Source of the DNA: an uncultured virus (IMG/VR IMGVR_UViG_3300010885_030646)
Lineage: Duplodnaviria; Heunggongvirae; Uroviricota; Caudoviricetes
IMG/VR virus record: IMGVR_UViG_3300010885_030646
Location: 55,287 to 75,286 of that record
Length of the DNA stretch: 20,000 nucleotides
Reading direction: 5' to 3' (one strand)
How positions within the stretch are numbered: the stretch's first letter is position 1; each line of letters begins with the position of its first letter. This document shows positions 1-7,945 of the stretch, piece after piece. Position numbers and translations under genes: made by a program. The notes under the pieces were generated by a model that saw only the letters and a list, made by a program, of their open reading frames with translations, was not told where the DNA came from and did no database searches.

Positions 1-828
1 TAGTACAAAATTATCAAAGTAGTAATCTAAGCCAAAGAATGGATTTCTTCCTGCAGACTTTGAAACACCGGCCACTGCGCCACTGCTGTTCAAGTCAGGT
101 TGTACACCTTCAACTGTGGACGGTGCACCACCACTTTGTATCAACAGGTTGTACTGACTCACTGCTATCTTGCTGGTTTTTTGTAAGGTAGTGTATTGTT
201 CTGGAGTCATCAAATACCAACCAATGTTGTAGGTGTAACTGGCATACTGGTCTAACACATTGTTCCTGGGTGTAAATGTTGATTGGTTGGTCTGGGCAGC
301 TGATATAATTTGTTTGGTGTTGGCCGCTGTGACACCATCCTCACCAGTGGCACCCACACCAGGTTCGCCACCGGGACGGCCTTCTGAATCGTTGCCGGTG
401 TTGGCTGGCGGAACACTTTGTGTTTCTGTCAGGGTCTTTACCGGCGGGTTGGTTCCGGTTTCGGTATTCTGTGCCAAGGTGGCAGCTTCGGTAGTGGTCA
501 ATCGACCTGTGCTGGCCGGAGCCGGTGCAGGATTCTGTGTGGCACCGGCGGCGCTGTTAGCAACATCTGCGGCTGCTGACTGTGCAGGGGGTTCATCAGG
601 AATGGCCGCTATCTGTGCTTGAACATCAGTTGCTCGTTGTTCTAATGTGGCTATTCTCTCTTGGGTTCTTGCTATAGTTGCTTCTTGCGATGTAATTAAA
701 TCAGCCAGTGCAGGATTGGCGCGACTTTCTGCCAAAAATCCCCCAAGCCGCGTAAGTTCACCTTGCAACTTAACAATTTCTTGCTGTATCTGGGTAAGTT
801 CAGATTGTAGCTCTGCTCTGGTTGCCAT
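1..828 (-). CDS. Virion structural protein, probably baseplate hub-like (partial, runs off the left edge)
   Basis: Not in the ORF track; translated by hand from ATG at 828: MATRAELQSELTQIQQEIVKLQGEL... (coiled coil), an Ala/Pro/Thr-rich linker, then NVLDQYASYTYNIGWYLM...GRNPFFGLDYYFDNFVL, open to position 1. Starts 3 nt after the stop of the gp53-like gene. Function is inferred from context. Confidence 0.6.
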   Translation of the reverse strand, partial: MATRAELQSELTQIQQEIVKLQGELTRLGGFLAESRANPALADLITSQEATIARTQERIATLEQRATDVQAQIAAIPDEPPAQSAAADVANSAAGATQNPAPAPASTGRLTTTEAATLAQNTETGTNPPVKTLTETQSVPPANTGNDSEGRPGGEPGVGATGEDGVTAANTKQIISAAQTNQSTFTPRNNVLDQYASYTYNIGWYLMTPEQYTTLQKTSKIAVSQYNLLIQSGGAPSTVEGVQPDLNSSGAVAGVSKSAGRNPFFGLDYYFDNFVL

Positions 829-831
829 GGT

Positions 832-1131
832 TTAAAATCCCAGCACTGAACGCAGTGTGCTCAACTTGGGCACGTAGATAAAAGTATCTATCACAAAATC
901 CAACGGAGGTTTGGTCAGTGTGTTGGGATTGCGTTGATAAAACACCCACCATAGGCCTGAGTTGTCGTACAGGTCAAATGCCAACAGGTCTGGACGATAC
1001 TGATAGGTCTGATTGATTGTGAATGGCAGGTCATCCGTTTGGCTGGGTATTGGTCTGTTGACCATGGTGTCCAAAAAGAACTGACTGTACCCTGTGGTAT
1101 AGTACGGACTGGTTGCGTTGTAGGTTGCCAT
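832..1131 (-). CDS. gp53: Baseplate wedge protein, T4 gp53-like / LysM-like
   Basis: YQYRPDLLAFDLYDNSGLWWVF..RN..L...IYVP matches the RPD..a..lYg...lwW pattern of gp53-like wedge proteins; lies in a tail/baseplate gene run. Confidence 0.7.
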   Translation of the reverse strand: MATYNATSPYYTTGYSQFFLDTMVNRPIPSQTDDLPFTINQTYQYRPDLLAFDLYDNSGLWWVFYQRNPNTLTKPPLDFVIDTFIYVPKLSTLRSVLGF

Positions 1132-3356
1132 TACCAGAATCCTCCTTTGAGTAGGTCACCATTGGCATACTGACGTAGGCTGAACTGTTGGCTCTGTTGC
1201 TTGCGGCTTTGAACCGGCAGCAGTGATATGCTTATGTTCATCTTTGTTGGCACATAGGTGGGACTGTTTTGACCAAATGATGCAGGTGCTGGTGGTTTGC
1301 TCATGCCACCTTTGGGTAATCCGGCGTTGGCCAAACGGTTGATGGCTCCACCTAGTACATTGCCCAGTATGCCACCACCCCAGGTTGTGCCAGGGCCTGT
1401 GGGATTGGTGCTTTGACGTTTGTTCAGCATGTTACTGTTGTTGACATTGGGACTGCGAGCACGTATATAGTCCACATCTACAGGCAGGTCGTAGGTAAAA
1501 GACTGCACCACACAGGGATGTTCGTTGAATTGGTATTCACCCAGTCCGGTTAGATACACCAATGGAGGTGGTGTGCCACGTTGAGGATCTTGACCATAGA
1601 ACATTTTTGTCACTGATTTAAAAAAGTGTATCACTGCCAACAGATATTCAGCCTCTGTTGTGCTTTGTGCAGTAAATGGACAACTCAGTGTGACTGGTTC
1701 AACTGAACTGCTTTGATAGTAGTAGCCTTTGTAGTTGCTGTGTGTTAGATCATAACTGGCATAGTTGGCCTTGTACGAAGTGCCAATTGTGGGCGTGTAG
1801 GGAAATATAATTCCTGTGCCTTTTAGTGGCTGTAATATTCCAGGTTCCGGAGCATTGTACAAATAATCAGCACCTGGTGCTAGTCGTAACTTAACACGCC
1901 AATCACCGTTGTTGGGATTTCTGCGCTGGTTGGCAATGGTGTTCTGTGCTCGTGCCTTGTCCAAGGTGCCTTGTTTTATGGCAGCATTGAGATTGGTACG
2001 CTCTTCTTCTTCTTCAGGATTGGCGGCAAAGTCTCCAGAAGGTTGTATTGTGACTGGATCGTCGGCACCCACAGCCTCGGGATTGAATACATTTTCAGTA
2101 ACCCCGGCAGTTCCAGTTGGATCAAAAATATTTTCTGCATTTGGGTCAACTGTGGGTTCAACTTCTATGGCTTCTGTGGCTAGTATTCGTCGATTCTCTG
2201 CTTGTTCTAGTTCCAGTGCGTCTGCTTCCTCATCTGTCATTACAGGCACATCTGTGGGTTCAAACTCTGTTGCTTCTTGTTCTGCTAGTGCTTGTTCTGC
2301 TTCGAATCTTGCCTGTTCAAATGGATCTGAGTTGGGCTCAACGTTGGCAGGATCAAATACTGATTCTTCTCCGGCGTTGATTGTCTCTCCTGGATCAAAA
2401 ACATTCTCACCAGGATCAACTGTGGGGTCAACTTCTATGGCTTCTGTGGACAAGACACGACGATTTTCAGCTTGTTGTGCATCAAGTGCATCAGCTTCCT
2501 CATCTGTTAGAAATGCCACATCTCCAGGATCAAATTCTCGTGGTTCTCCGTCGAGTTCAAGTCCTGCTTCAAATCTTGCCTGTTCAAATGGATCCGAGTT
2601 AGGATCAACATTGTTGGGATCAAATACTGATTCTTCTCCGGCGTTGAATGTATTGCCTGGATCAAACACATTTTCAACTGCGTCAGCAGTTTTACCTGGT
2701 GCGTCGCCTCTGAAATACGTTCCACCGGTTTCTTCATTGATTGCAAACCCGGGCTGTAGATTGCCATCGTCGTCATATGCAGGAAATTGACTTGGGTCAC
2801 TTGCAGGATTTAATTCAGCAGCACTTTTTGGTACTGCTGTGCTGGCTGGTAAAACATCTTTTGTGCTTTTGAAAATTGAACCAATTGAACTTGCCAAGGA
2901 TAACGCAGCCAATGGATTGGCTGCCGCTGCCCCCAGTGCCGCTGCCCCCAGTGTGTTTAGTAATCCAGATGAATTGCTTAATAAACTGCCCGAGCTGGGC
3001 GCTGGCGTTGACACATTGTATGGCAGTTGTTTGGCACCAGGATCAACCAGTGGACTTACGCCGCCATTACGATTGCCAGCTGATGCAACCGAGTCAGGAA
3101 CACCCAGGCCGGTAGCTGGTGGAGTTTTTCCAGAGGCCGAAGTCACTGCCGCAGTGGCATTGTTTGTGGCCAACTGTGTAGCTTTTACTGCTGTGGTGGC
3201 AGCTTCAACTGCCGCCAGTGCCGCAGGAGACGGTGTTCGGCCGGCTTTTTGTGCCGCAATCACTGTGTTTTGAGCCGCTGCCAACGTTTTGATTGCCACA
3301 GCATTTTCACGTTGTGCTTGTGCGGCTTGTGCGGTTAGTGATGGGGTGGTTGCCAT
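1131..3356 (-). CDS. Tail tube initiator / baseplate protein (gp48/gp54 or CIS-tube-like C-terminal domain) with a long low-complexity and acidic-repeat N-terminal region
   Basis: C-terminal ~260 aa GIIFPYTPTI...YDLTHSNY...FTAQ...PPPLVYLTGLGEYQFNEHPCVVQSFTYDLP resembles tube-fold baseplate proteins of contractile tails; directly upstream of the gp53-like gene. Confidence 0.6.
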   Translation of the reverse strand: MATTPSLTAQAAQAQRENAVAIKTLAAAQNTVIAAQKAGRTPSPAALAAVEAATTAVKATQLATNNATAAVTSASGKTPPATGLGVPDSVASAGNRNGGVSPLVDPGAKQLPYNVSTPAPSSGSLLSNSSGLLNTLGAAALGAAAANPLAALSLASSIGSIFKSTKDVLPASTAVPKSAAELNPASDPSQFPAYDDDGNLQPGFAINEETGGTYFRGDAPGKTADAVENVFDPGNTFNAGEESVFDPNNVDPNSDPFEQARFEAGLELDGEPREFDPGDVAFLTDEEADALDAQQAENRRVLSTEAIEVDPTVDPGENVFDPGETINAGEESVFDPANVEPNSDPFEQARFEAEQALAEQEATEFEPTDVPVMTDEEADALELEQAENRRILATEAIEVEPTVDPNAENIFDPTGTAGVTENVFNPEAVGADDPVTIQPSGDFAANPEEEEERTNLNAAIKQGTLDKARAQNTIANQRRNPNNGDWRVKLRLAPGADYLYNAPEPGILQPLKGTGIIFPYTPTIGTSYKANYASYDLTHSNYKGYYYQSSSVEPVTLSCPFTAQSTTEAEYLLAVIHFFKSVTKMFYGQDPQRGTPPPLVYLTGLGEYQFNEHPCVVQSFTYDLPVDVDYIRARSPNVNNSNMLNKRQSTNPTGPGTTWGGGILGNVLGGAINRLANAGLPKGGMSKPPAPASFGQNSPTYVPTKMNISISLLPVQSRKQQSQQFSLRQYANGDLLKGGFW
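2110..2675 (-). repeat. Two diverged ~267-270 bp in-frame tandem repeats (89-90 aa, acidic) plus a partial third
   Basis: gatcaaatactgattcttctccggcgttga at 2351 and 2618; tcaacttctatggcttctgtgg at 2158 and 2428; protein ENVFDPG...NAGEESVFDP...DPFEQARFEA...TDEEADAL...QAENRR...TEAIEV.PTVDP occurs twice. Confidence 0.95.
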
Positions 3357-3374
3357 AATGATTTTCCTATACAG

Positions 3375-3380
3375 TATTTA
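3375..3380 (-). promoter_or_regulatory. Putative late promoter core TAAATA for the leftward baseplate operon
   Basis: Minus strand reads gcaATAAATActg about 19 nt upstream of the ATG at 3356; resembles the T4 late promoter TATAAATA. Confidence 0.55.
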
Positions 3381-3414
3381 TTGCAGAAATAAACTGGCTA
3401 TATAATGATAAAGG

Positions 3415-3447
3415 TTGACAATGCAGTAAAAAGTGTTATAATAAATA
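3415..3447 (+). promoter_or_regulatory. Consensus sigma70-type promoter TTGACA-N16-TATAAT with TGn extended -10, overlapped by a TAAATA late-type element
   Basis: TTGACA 3415-3420, TG at 3434-3435, TATAAT 3437-3442, TAAATA 3442-3447; SD AAGGAG 3454-3459 before GTG at 3469. Confidence 0.8.
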
Positions 3448-3468
3448 CATTACAAGGAGACACTGCCT

Positions 3469-4461
3469 GTGGCAACATCTAAACGAACAGCATCCACACT
3501 GGATCCGTCGAAATCAATATCATCAACACCCACTGCACCAAAAGTAAACTATCTCAACAACAGAGACATTCTCAAAGAGATACACGCCAGTAAAAACACC
3601 TACTGCTACTACGCGGATCCCGCAGTAGACAGTCAATACGACATTATTTTGCCCGGACTGGACAAAATTAACCAGCGCACCATTGCTGAAGCCCGACGCA
3701 ATCGTGCTGACCGACTCAAACGTGAAGGCACCATTGTGGACCCTGTGAAGATTCCCAATACAGACCTGGTGTTCCGTATCACCTGCTGGGATCATATCCC
3801 AATGGCCGAGAAAAAGATTCCCAAGTCTGCACAGAAGAAAAAACAGAAAATTGAAGATCTGCTGGAGTTTGAAGACGAGCCCATTGATGATTCCCTGGAC
3901 GAACTGCTGGACGACGTGGTGCTGAACCCGGTGCGTCAGCGACTGAACTTTCCTCCATTTGAACATTGGCGATTAGATGAAAACAAGGAACGGTTCCGTG
4001 TGGGTCGTAGTCACTGGCGGGGTGATTTAGAAACTGGCTACTTCAGTCGAGATCACGGCGACATGACACGTAAGTTGGCACACATGTTTATGAAGCTGTG
4101 CGAAAGATATGCTACCAGGAGTAATTGGCGTGGATACACATACAACGAAGAAATGCGAGGACAGGCCTTGCTACAACTCAGTCAGATCGGACTACAGTTC
4201 GATGAATCAAAATCGCAGAATCCTTTTGCGTATTACACTGCCGCTATTACTAACAGCTTTACTCGCATCCTTAATTTAGAAAAGAAAAGTCAGAACATCC
4301 GTGATGACATCTTGGAGATCAACGGACTCAGTCCGTCATGGACCAGACAAAATGCCGGAAAGGCCAGCATGGCCGCATTAAGTGGACCTGTTACCATTAC
4401 CACTTACATTGTGGATAAGCCGGTAGAAGCAGTTGAATCGGATTCGGTTAACCCTGTGTAA
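3469..4461 (+). CDS. gp55: Late-transcription sigma factor, T4 gp55-like
   Basis: NYLNNRDILKEI near the N-terminus; LCERYATRSNWRGYTYNEEM...FDESKSQNPFAYYTAAITNSFTRILNLEKK is the gp55 family signature; good SD; upstream of gp47/gp46 as in T4. Confidence 0.9.
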   Translation: MATSKRTASTLDPSKSISSTPTAPKVNYLNNRDILKEIHASKNTYCYYADPAVDSQYDIILPGLDKINQRTIAEARRNRADRLKREGTIVDPVKIPNTDLVFRITCWDHIPMAEKKIPKSAQKKKQKIEDLLEFEDEPIDDSLDELLDDVVLNPVRQRLNFPPFEHWRLDENKERFRVGRSHWRGDLETGYFSRDHGDMTRKLAHMFMKLCERYATRSNWRGYTYNEEMRGQALLQLSQIGLQFDESKSQNPFAYYTAAITNSFTRILNLEKKSQNIRDDILEINGLSPSWTRQNAGKASMAALSGPVTITTYIVDKPVEAVESDSVNPV

Positions 4462-4473
4462 TTTTACAAACTC

Positions 4474-5361
4474 ATGACCATTGCCATTGCGTTTAACGGC
4501 GGGGGGTACGGTACCTATCTTGAGTGGGTACTGACCACCCTTGCTACCGGCATTCCTATTACGGCTCCGTTTGGCATAAACGGAAACAGTCACCGGTTTT
4601 ATGGAAATCATGCAAATGACATACATTCCTCTCTGTGGAAAGCAGTTGCCAGCAAAGAAAAGTCTTGTTTGTTTGTTCGACTCCACCCAAAAACACACCA
4701 ACACGAAGTACTAGATAATAATTTAAATCAAATTTTGGATGTTGCAGAAAAAGTTATCTATTTGTATCCTGATTCAGATTCAGTACTGTTAAATATAAAC
4801 AACTTCTATTCAAAAATTTGGAAGGAGTGGTGGAGTGTGCGGTTATCAGATCCAGTATTTGCCGACAACTTGTACAGTAATTGGCCGGTCAATAGAGATA
4901 CCCCGGTTACTCAGATACCAATCTGGATCAAGAGAGAAATACTCAGTTTTAATTTGATGCCATCCTGGTTTGATCAAGTTGAATGGTATCACCCAGGCCG
5001 ATGGCATCATGCACGATGTCAATTGGTATTGACCAACGAACTGCTGTACAATTTTGAATCAACTATACAGAAATTACAGAAGTTTTGCAATTTGGAATTC
5101 AAAAAGAACATCGCGGATCTTGTGCCCCTGCATGATACTATGCTATCACTACAACCGTATCTCTCCCAAGACCAGTTGTGTCACAACATAGTCAATCACA
5201 CTTTGACCAATCAACTGTTTGAATGGAGAGACATTCCGTTACCTAGCCAAAGTTGGGTACAATGGAAATTGAGAAAGTTGGGCTACGAGATTCGTTGCTA
5301 TGGGCTTGACATGTTCCCAACAAATAGTGTACAATTACGAGAACTACTATATCCTGTATGA
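4474..5361 (+). CDS. Hypothetical protein, possibly divergent sulfotransferase/P-loop-like; paralog of 10921..11970
   Basis: N-terminal beta strand plus GGGYGTYLEW loop; shares IW..RE.L and FPTN...L..LL motifs with the 10921..11970 product; ATGA overlap with gp47. The fold guess is weak. Confidence 0.5.
   Translation: MTIAIAFNGGGYGTYLEWVLTTLATGIPITAPFGINGNSHRFYGNHANDIHSSLWKAVASKEKSCLFVRLHPKTHQHEVLDNNLNQILDVAEKVIYLYPDSDSVLLNINNFYSKIWKEWWSVRLSDPVFADNLYSNWPVNRDTPVTQIPIWIKREILSFNLMPSWFDQVEWYHPGRWHHARCQLVLTNELLYNFESTIQKLQKFCNLEFKKNIADLVPLHDTMLSLQPYLSQDQLCHNIVNHTLTNQLFEWRDIPLPSQSWVQWKLRKLGYEIRCYGLDMFPTNSVQLRELLYPV
5306..5335 (+). promoter_or_regulatory. Putative sigma70 promoter for gp47, embedded in the upstream CDS
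   Basis: TTGACA 5306-5311, 18-nt spacer, TACAAT 5330-5335, 22 nt before the gp47 ATG. Confidence 0.5.
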
Positions 5362-6371
5362 ATCTATTTAAAAAAGCTGCGGTCTTTACTGATATCCATT
5401 TTGGCCTTAAGTCAAACAGTGTGTTACACAATGAAGACTGCTTGAACTTTGTGAAATGGGCCACTGCCAAAGCCAAAAGTGAAGGTTGTGAAACCTGTTT
5501 GTTCCTAGGCGACTGGCACAACAATCGATCAAGTCTAAACATTGTCACACTAAACTACAGCCTGCGGGCACTGGAGCACATGAATGCTAATTTCGACCGT
5601 GTGTATTTTATCCCTGGTAATCACGACCTTTATTATCGTGACAAGCGCGATATACAGTCAGTTGAGTGGGCACGACACCTCCCTAATATTGAGATATGCA
5701 ATGATTGGGTTTCTAGTGGCGACGTTGTTATCGCCCCTTGGTTGTGCGGAGATGATTATAAACGGATTCCTAAACTAAAAGGCAAATATATGTTTGGGCA
5801 CTTTGAGTTGCCCGGCTACCTGATGAATGCCATGGTAGAAATGCCAGATCATGGTGAAGTACGTAGAGAAGACTTTGTAAACTTTGAGCATGTGTTTACC
5901 GGACACTTTCACAAACGACAGACCAAAAAGAATATTACCTACATCGGCAACTGTTTCCCGCATAACTACGCTGATGCCAGCGATGATGAACGCGGCATGA
6001 TGATTCTAGAGTGGGGACAGGAGCCAGAGTTTCATGCCTGGCCTGCGCAGCCAAGATATCGTGTGTTAGGACTCAGCAATGTGATTGACAATGCTGCCAC
6101 TGTGCTAGCAAAAGACATGCATGTTCGTGTACAATTAGACATTGAGATCTCATACGAAGAAGCTAACTTTATCAAAGAAACTTATATTAAAGACTACGGG
6201 CTAAGAGAAATGGCTCTTATTCCAAACAAGGCAGCCGGAGTCGACACAGACATGGCGCCAGGCGAAATAAAGTTTGAATCAGTTGATCAAATTGTAACAG
6301 ATCAACTCACTAACATTGAATCTGAATTCTACGATCCAAAACTGTTGTTAAAAATATATCAAAACTTATGA
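5358..6371 (+). CDS. gp47: Recombination nuclease subunit, T4 gp47 / SbcD / Mre11-like metallophosphoesterase
   Basis: FTDIHFG, LGDWHN, GNHD, GHFE and GHFH metallophosphoesterase motifs; paired with the gp46 ATPase. Confidence 0.95.
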   Translation: MNLFKKAAVFTDIHFGLKSNSVLHNEDCLNFVKWATAKAKSEGCETCLFLGDWHNNRSSLNIVTLNYSLRALEHMNANFDRVYFIPGNHDLYYRDKRDIQSVEWARHLPNIEICNDWVSSGDVVIAPWLCGDDYKRIPKLKGKYMFGHFELPGYLMNAMVEMPDHGEVRREDFVNFEHVFTGHFHKRQTKKNITYIGNCFPHNYADASDDERGMMILEWGQEPEFHAWPAQPRYRVLGLSNVIDNAATVLAKDMHVRVQLDIEISYEEANFIKETYIKDYGLREMALIPNKAAGVDTDMAPGEIKFESVDQIVTDQLTNIESEFYDPKLLLKIYQNL

Positions 6372-7945
6372 ATCAGTTTGACAAATCTATAGATCGTTTG
6401 CAAAAACTTTACGATACTGCGGGACCGTTTTATCTGTCAGAGTTTTATCAGGCCGACGGAGACAAAAAATTATATAATTTTCTAACTTCTGTTTATCAGA
6501 TCGAATACACCACTAATTTTCGAATTCTAATAGTCCAAGACTGCATAGATGTGTACGATTATGAAGACTTGCCAGGAAAAGCCATATGTACGTTACAACA
6601 ATACGTTAGTCAGATAGATATTAGCAATTTTTTTGTTGTAGTTGTAACTGGCAATAAAAACATAGACACCGAACTAGCGCAAGTACAAAAGTTGTATTCT
6701 ACCGATGATTGTAAAATGCAAAGTCATATTGTCAACAATGTCAAATACACTGCAACTCATCAACAACAAGACACATTTTGTGTATTGCCATGGGTGCATT
6801 TATACGTTGGTCCCGACGGAAATGTGTTACCATGTTGTGTTGCTGATCAAAAATTTCCAATGGGTAATATCAATGATGCTTCGGTAGATGACATTTCAAA
6901 ATCGTCTGTATTTAATCTTCTACGAACAAACATGTTGACTGGCAAACGTAGTAAGGAATGCAACCGATGTTATATCCAAGAGGATGCTGGATTGATGAGT
7001 GCAAGACGATCTCACAACGCTCAATGGTCTCAAAAAAAATTAAATATCGAATCTAGTGGAGTACTTAAAACGTTTGAGCCGGTTTATCTTGATATAAGAT
7101 TGAACAATATCTGCAATCTCAAATGCAGAATGTGCAATGGCTATTTTAGCAGTGCTATTGCACAAGAAGAATCGAAGCTTTTTGGTAATCAACAATCATT
7201 AGATGCAAGCATGCAATCTGCACAAAAAGCACTAGCACTTGAAGAGATTATTAAATATTTGCCACAAGCAGAAAAAATATATTTTGCAGGTGGAGAACCA
7301 TTGCTTGCTCTAGAACATTACAAAATATTAGATGCATTAATTGAATGTGGCAATACTGACCTAGAAGTAACTTACAACACCAACTTTACTTCACTTGCAT
7401 ACAAAGATATTTCTGTCTTGGACTTATGGAAAAAATTCAGTCAAGTAAAAGTTGGAGCAAGTCTCGATGCAATAGGACGTGTAGCCGAATATGTCAGGCA
7501 CGGAACCAAGTGGCCTACTATTGAATCTAACTTAGCATCTCTCAAACTACAGTGTCCTCATGTGAATTTTACCGTGACTTCAACTGTGGGATTTTTAAAT
7601 ATTTCCAGTTTAATTGAGTTGCAAACAACATGGCATGAAAACAAAATTTTAGATATTTCAAAATTCTCAATACAAGCTATGATAGGACCAGATCACTTGA
7701 CGCTAACAGTATTGCCAACCGAGCACAAAGACCGACTTGATTATAAAATAAAAAATCATATCAACTGGTGTTACCAAAATCAAGCAACTACTCTTGCGGC
7801 ACAGTGGAAAAATGTGTTACAATACATGTGGAGTAAGGACTCTTCGCAGTTTCTATCTGAATTTAAAAGATTAACTAGATTAATGGATCAATTTAGAAAC
7901 GAATCATTAAGTGTAGTATTACCAGAGTTTTCTAGTTTTATATGA
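6368..7945 (+). CDS. Radical SAM protein with a SPASM/twitch-like Fe-S domain preceding the SAM domain and an extra ~130-aa N-terminal region
   Basis: CVLPWVHLYVGPDGNVLPCC...CNRC (SPASM/twitch-like); CNLKCRMC (CxxxCxxC); FAGGEP; YNTN; SLDAIG...EYVRHG. Confidence 0.9.
   Translation: MNQFDKSIDRLQKLYDTAGPFYLSEFYQADGDKKLYNFLTSVYQIEYTTNFRILIVQDCIDVYDYEDLPGKAICTLQQYVSQIDISNFFVVVVTGNKNIDTELAQVQKLYSTDDCKMQSHIVNNVKYTATHQQQDTFCVLPWVHLYVGPDGNVLPCCVADQKFPMGNINDASVDDISKSSVFNLLRTNMLTGKRSKECNRCYIQEDAGLMSARRSHNAQWSQKKLNIESSGVLKTFEPVYLDIRLNNICNLKCRMCNGYFSSAIAQEESKLFGNQQSLDASMQSAQKALALEEIIKYLPQAEKIYFAGGEPLLALEHYKILDALIECGNTDLEVTYNTNFTSLAYKDISVLDLWKKFSQVKVGASLDAIGRVAEYVRHGTKWPTIESNLASLKLQCPHVNFTVTSTVGFLNISSLIELQTTWHENKILDISKFSIQAMIGPDHLTLTVLPTEHKDRLDYKIKNHINWCYQNQATTLAAQWKNVLQYMWSKDSSQFLSEFKRLTRLMDQFRNESLSVVLPEFSSFI

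Noticed and set aside
260..835. Plus-strand ORFs 260..622 and 647..835
   Set aside because: Antisense shadows of the minus-strand gene starting at 828, which the track missed because it runs off the window edge.
1909..3273. Long plus-strand ORFs 1909..2790 and 2839..3273
   Set aside because: Ser/Ala-rich antisense mirrors of the 741-aa gene; no SD or recognisable motifs.
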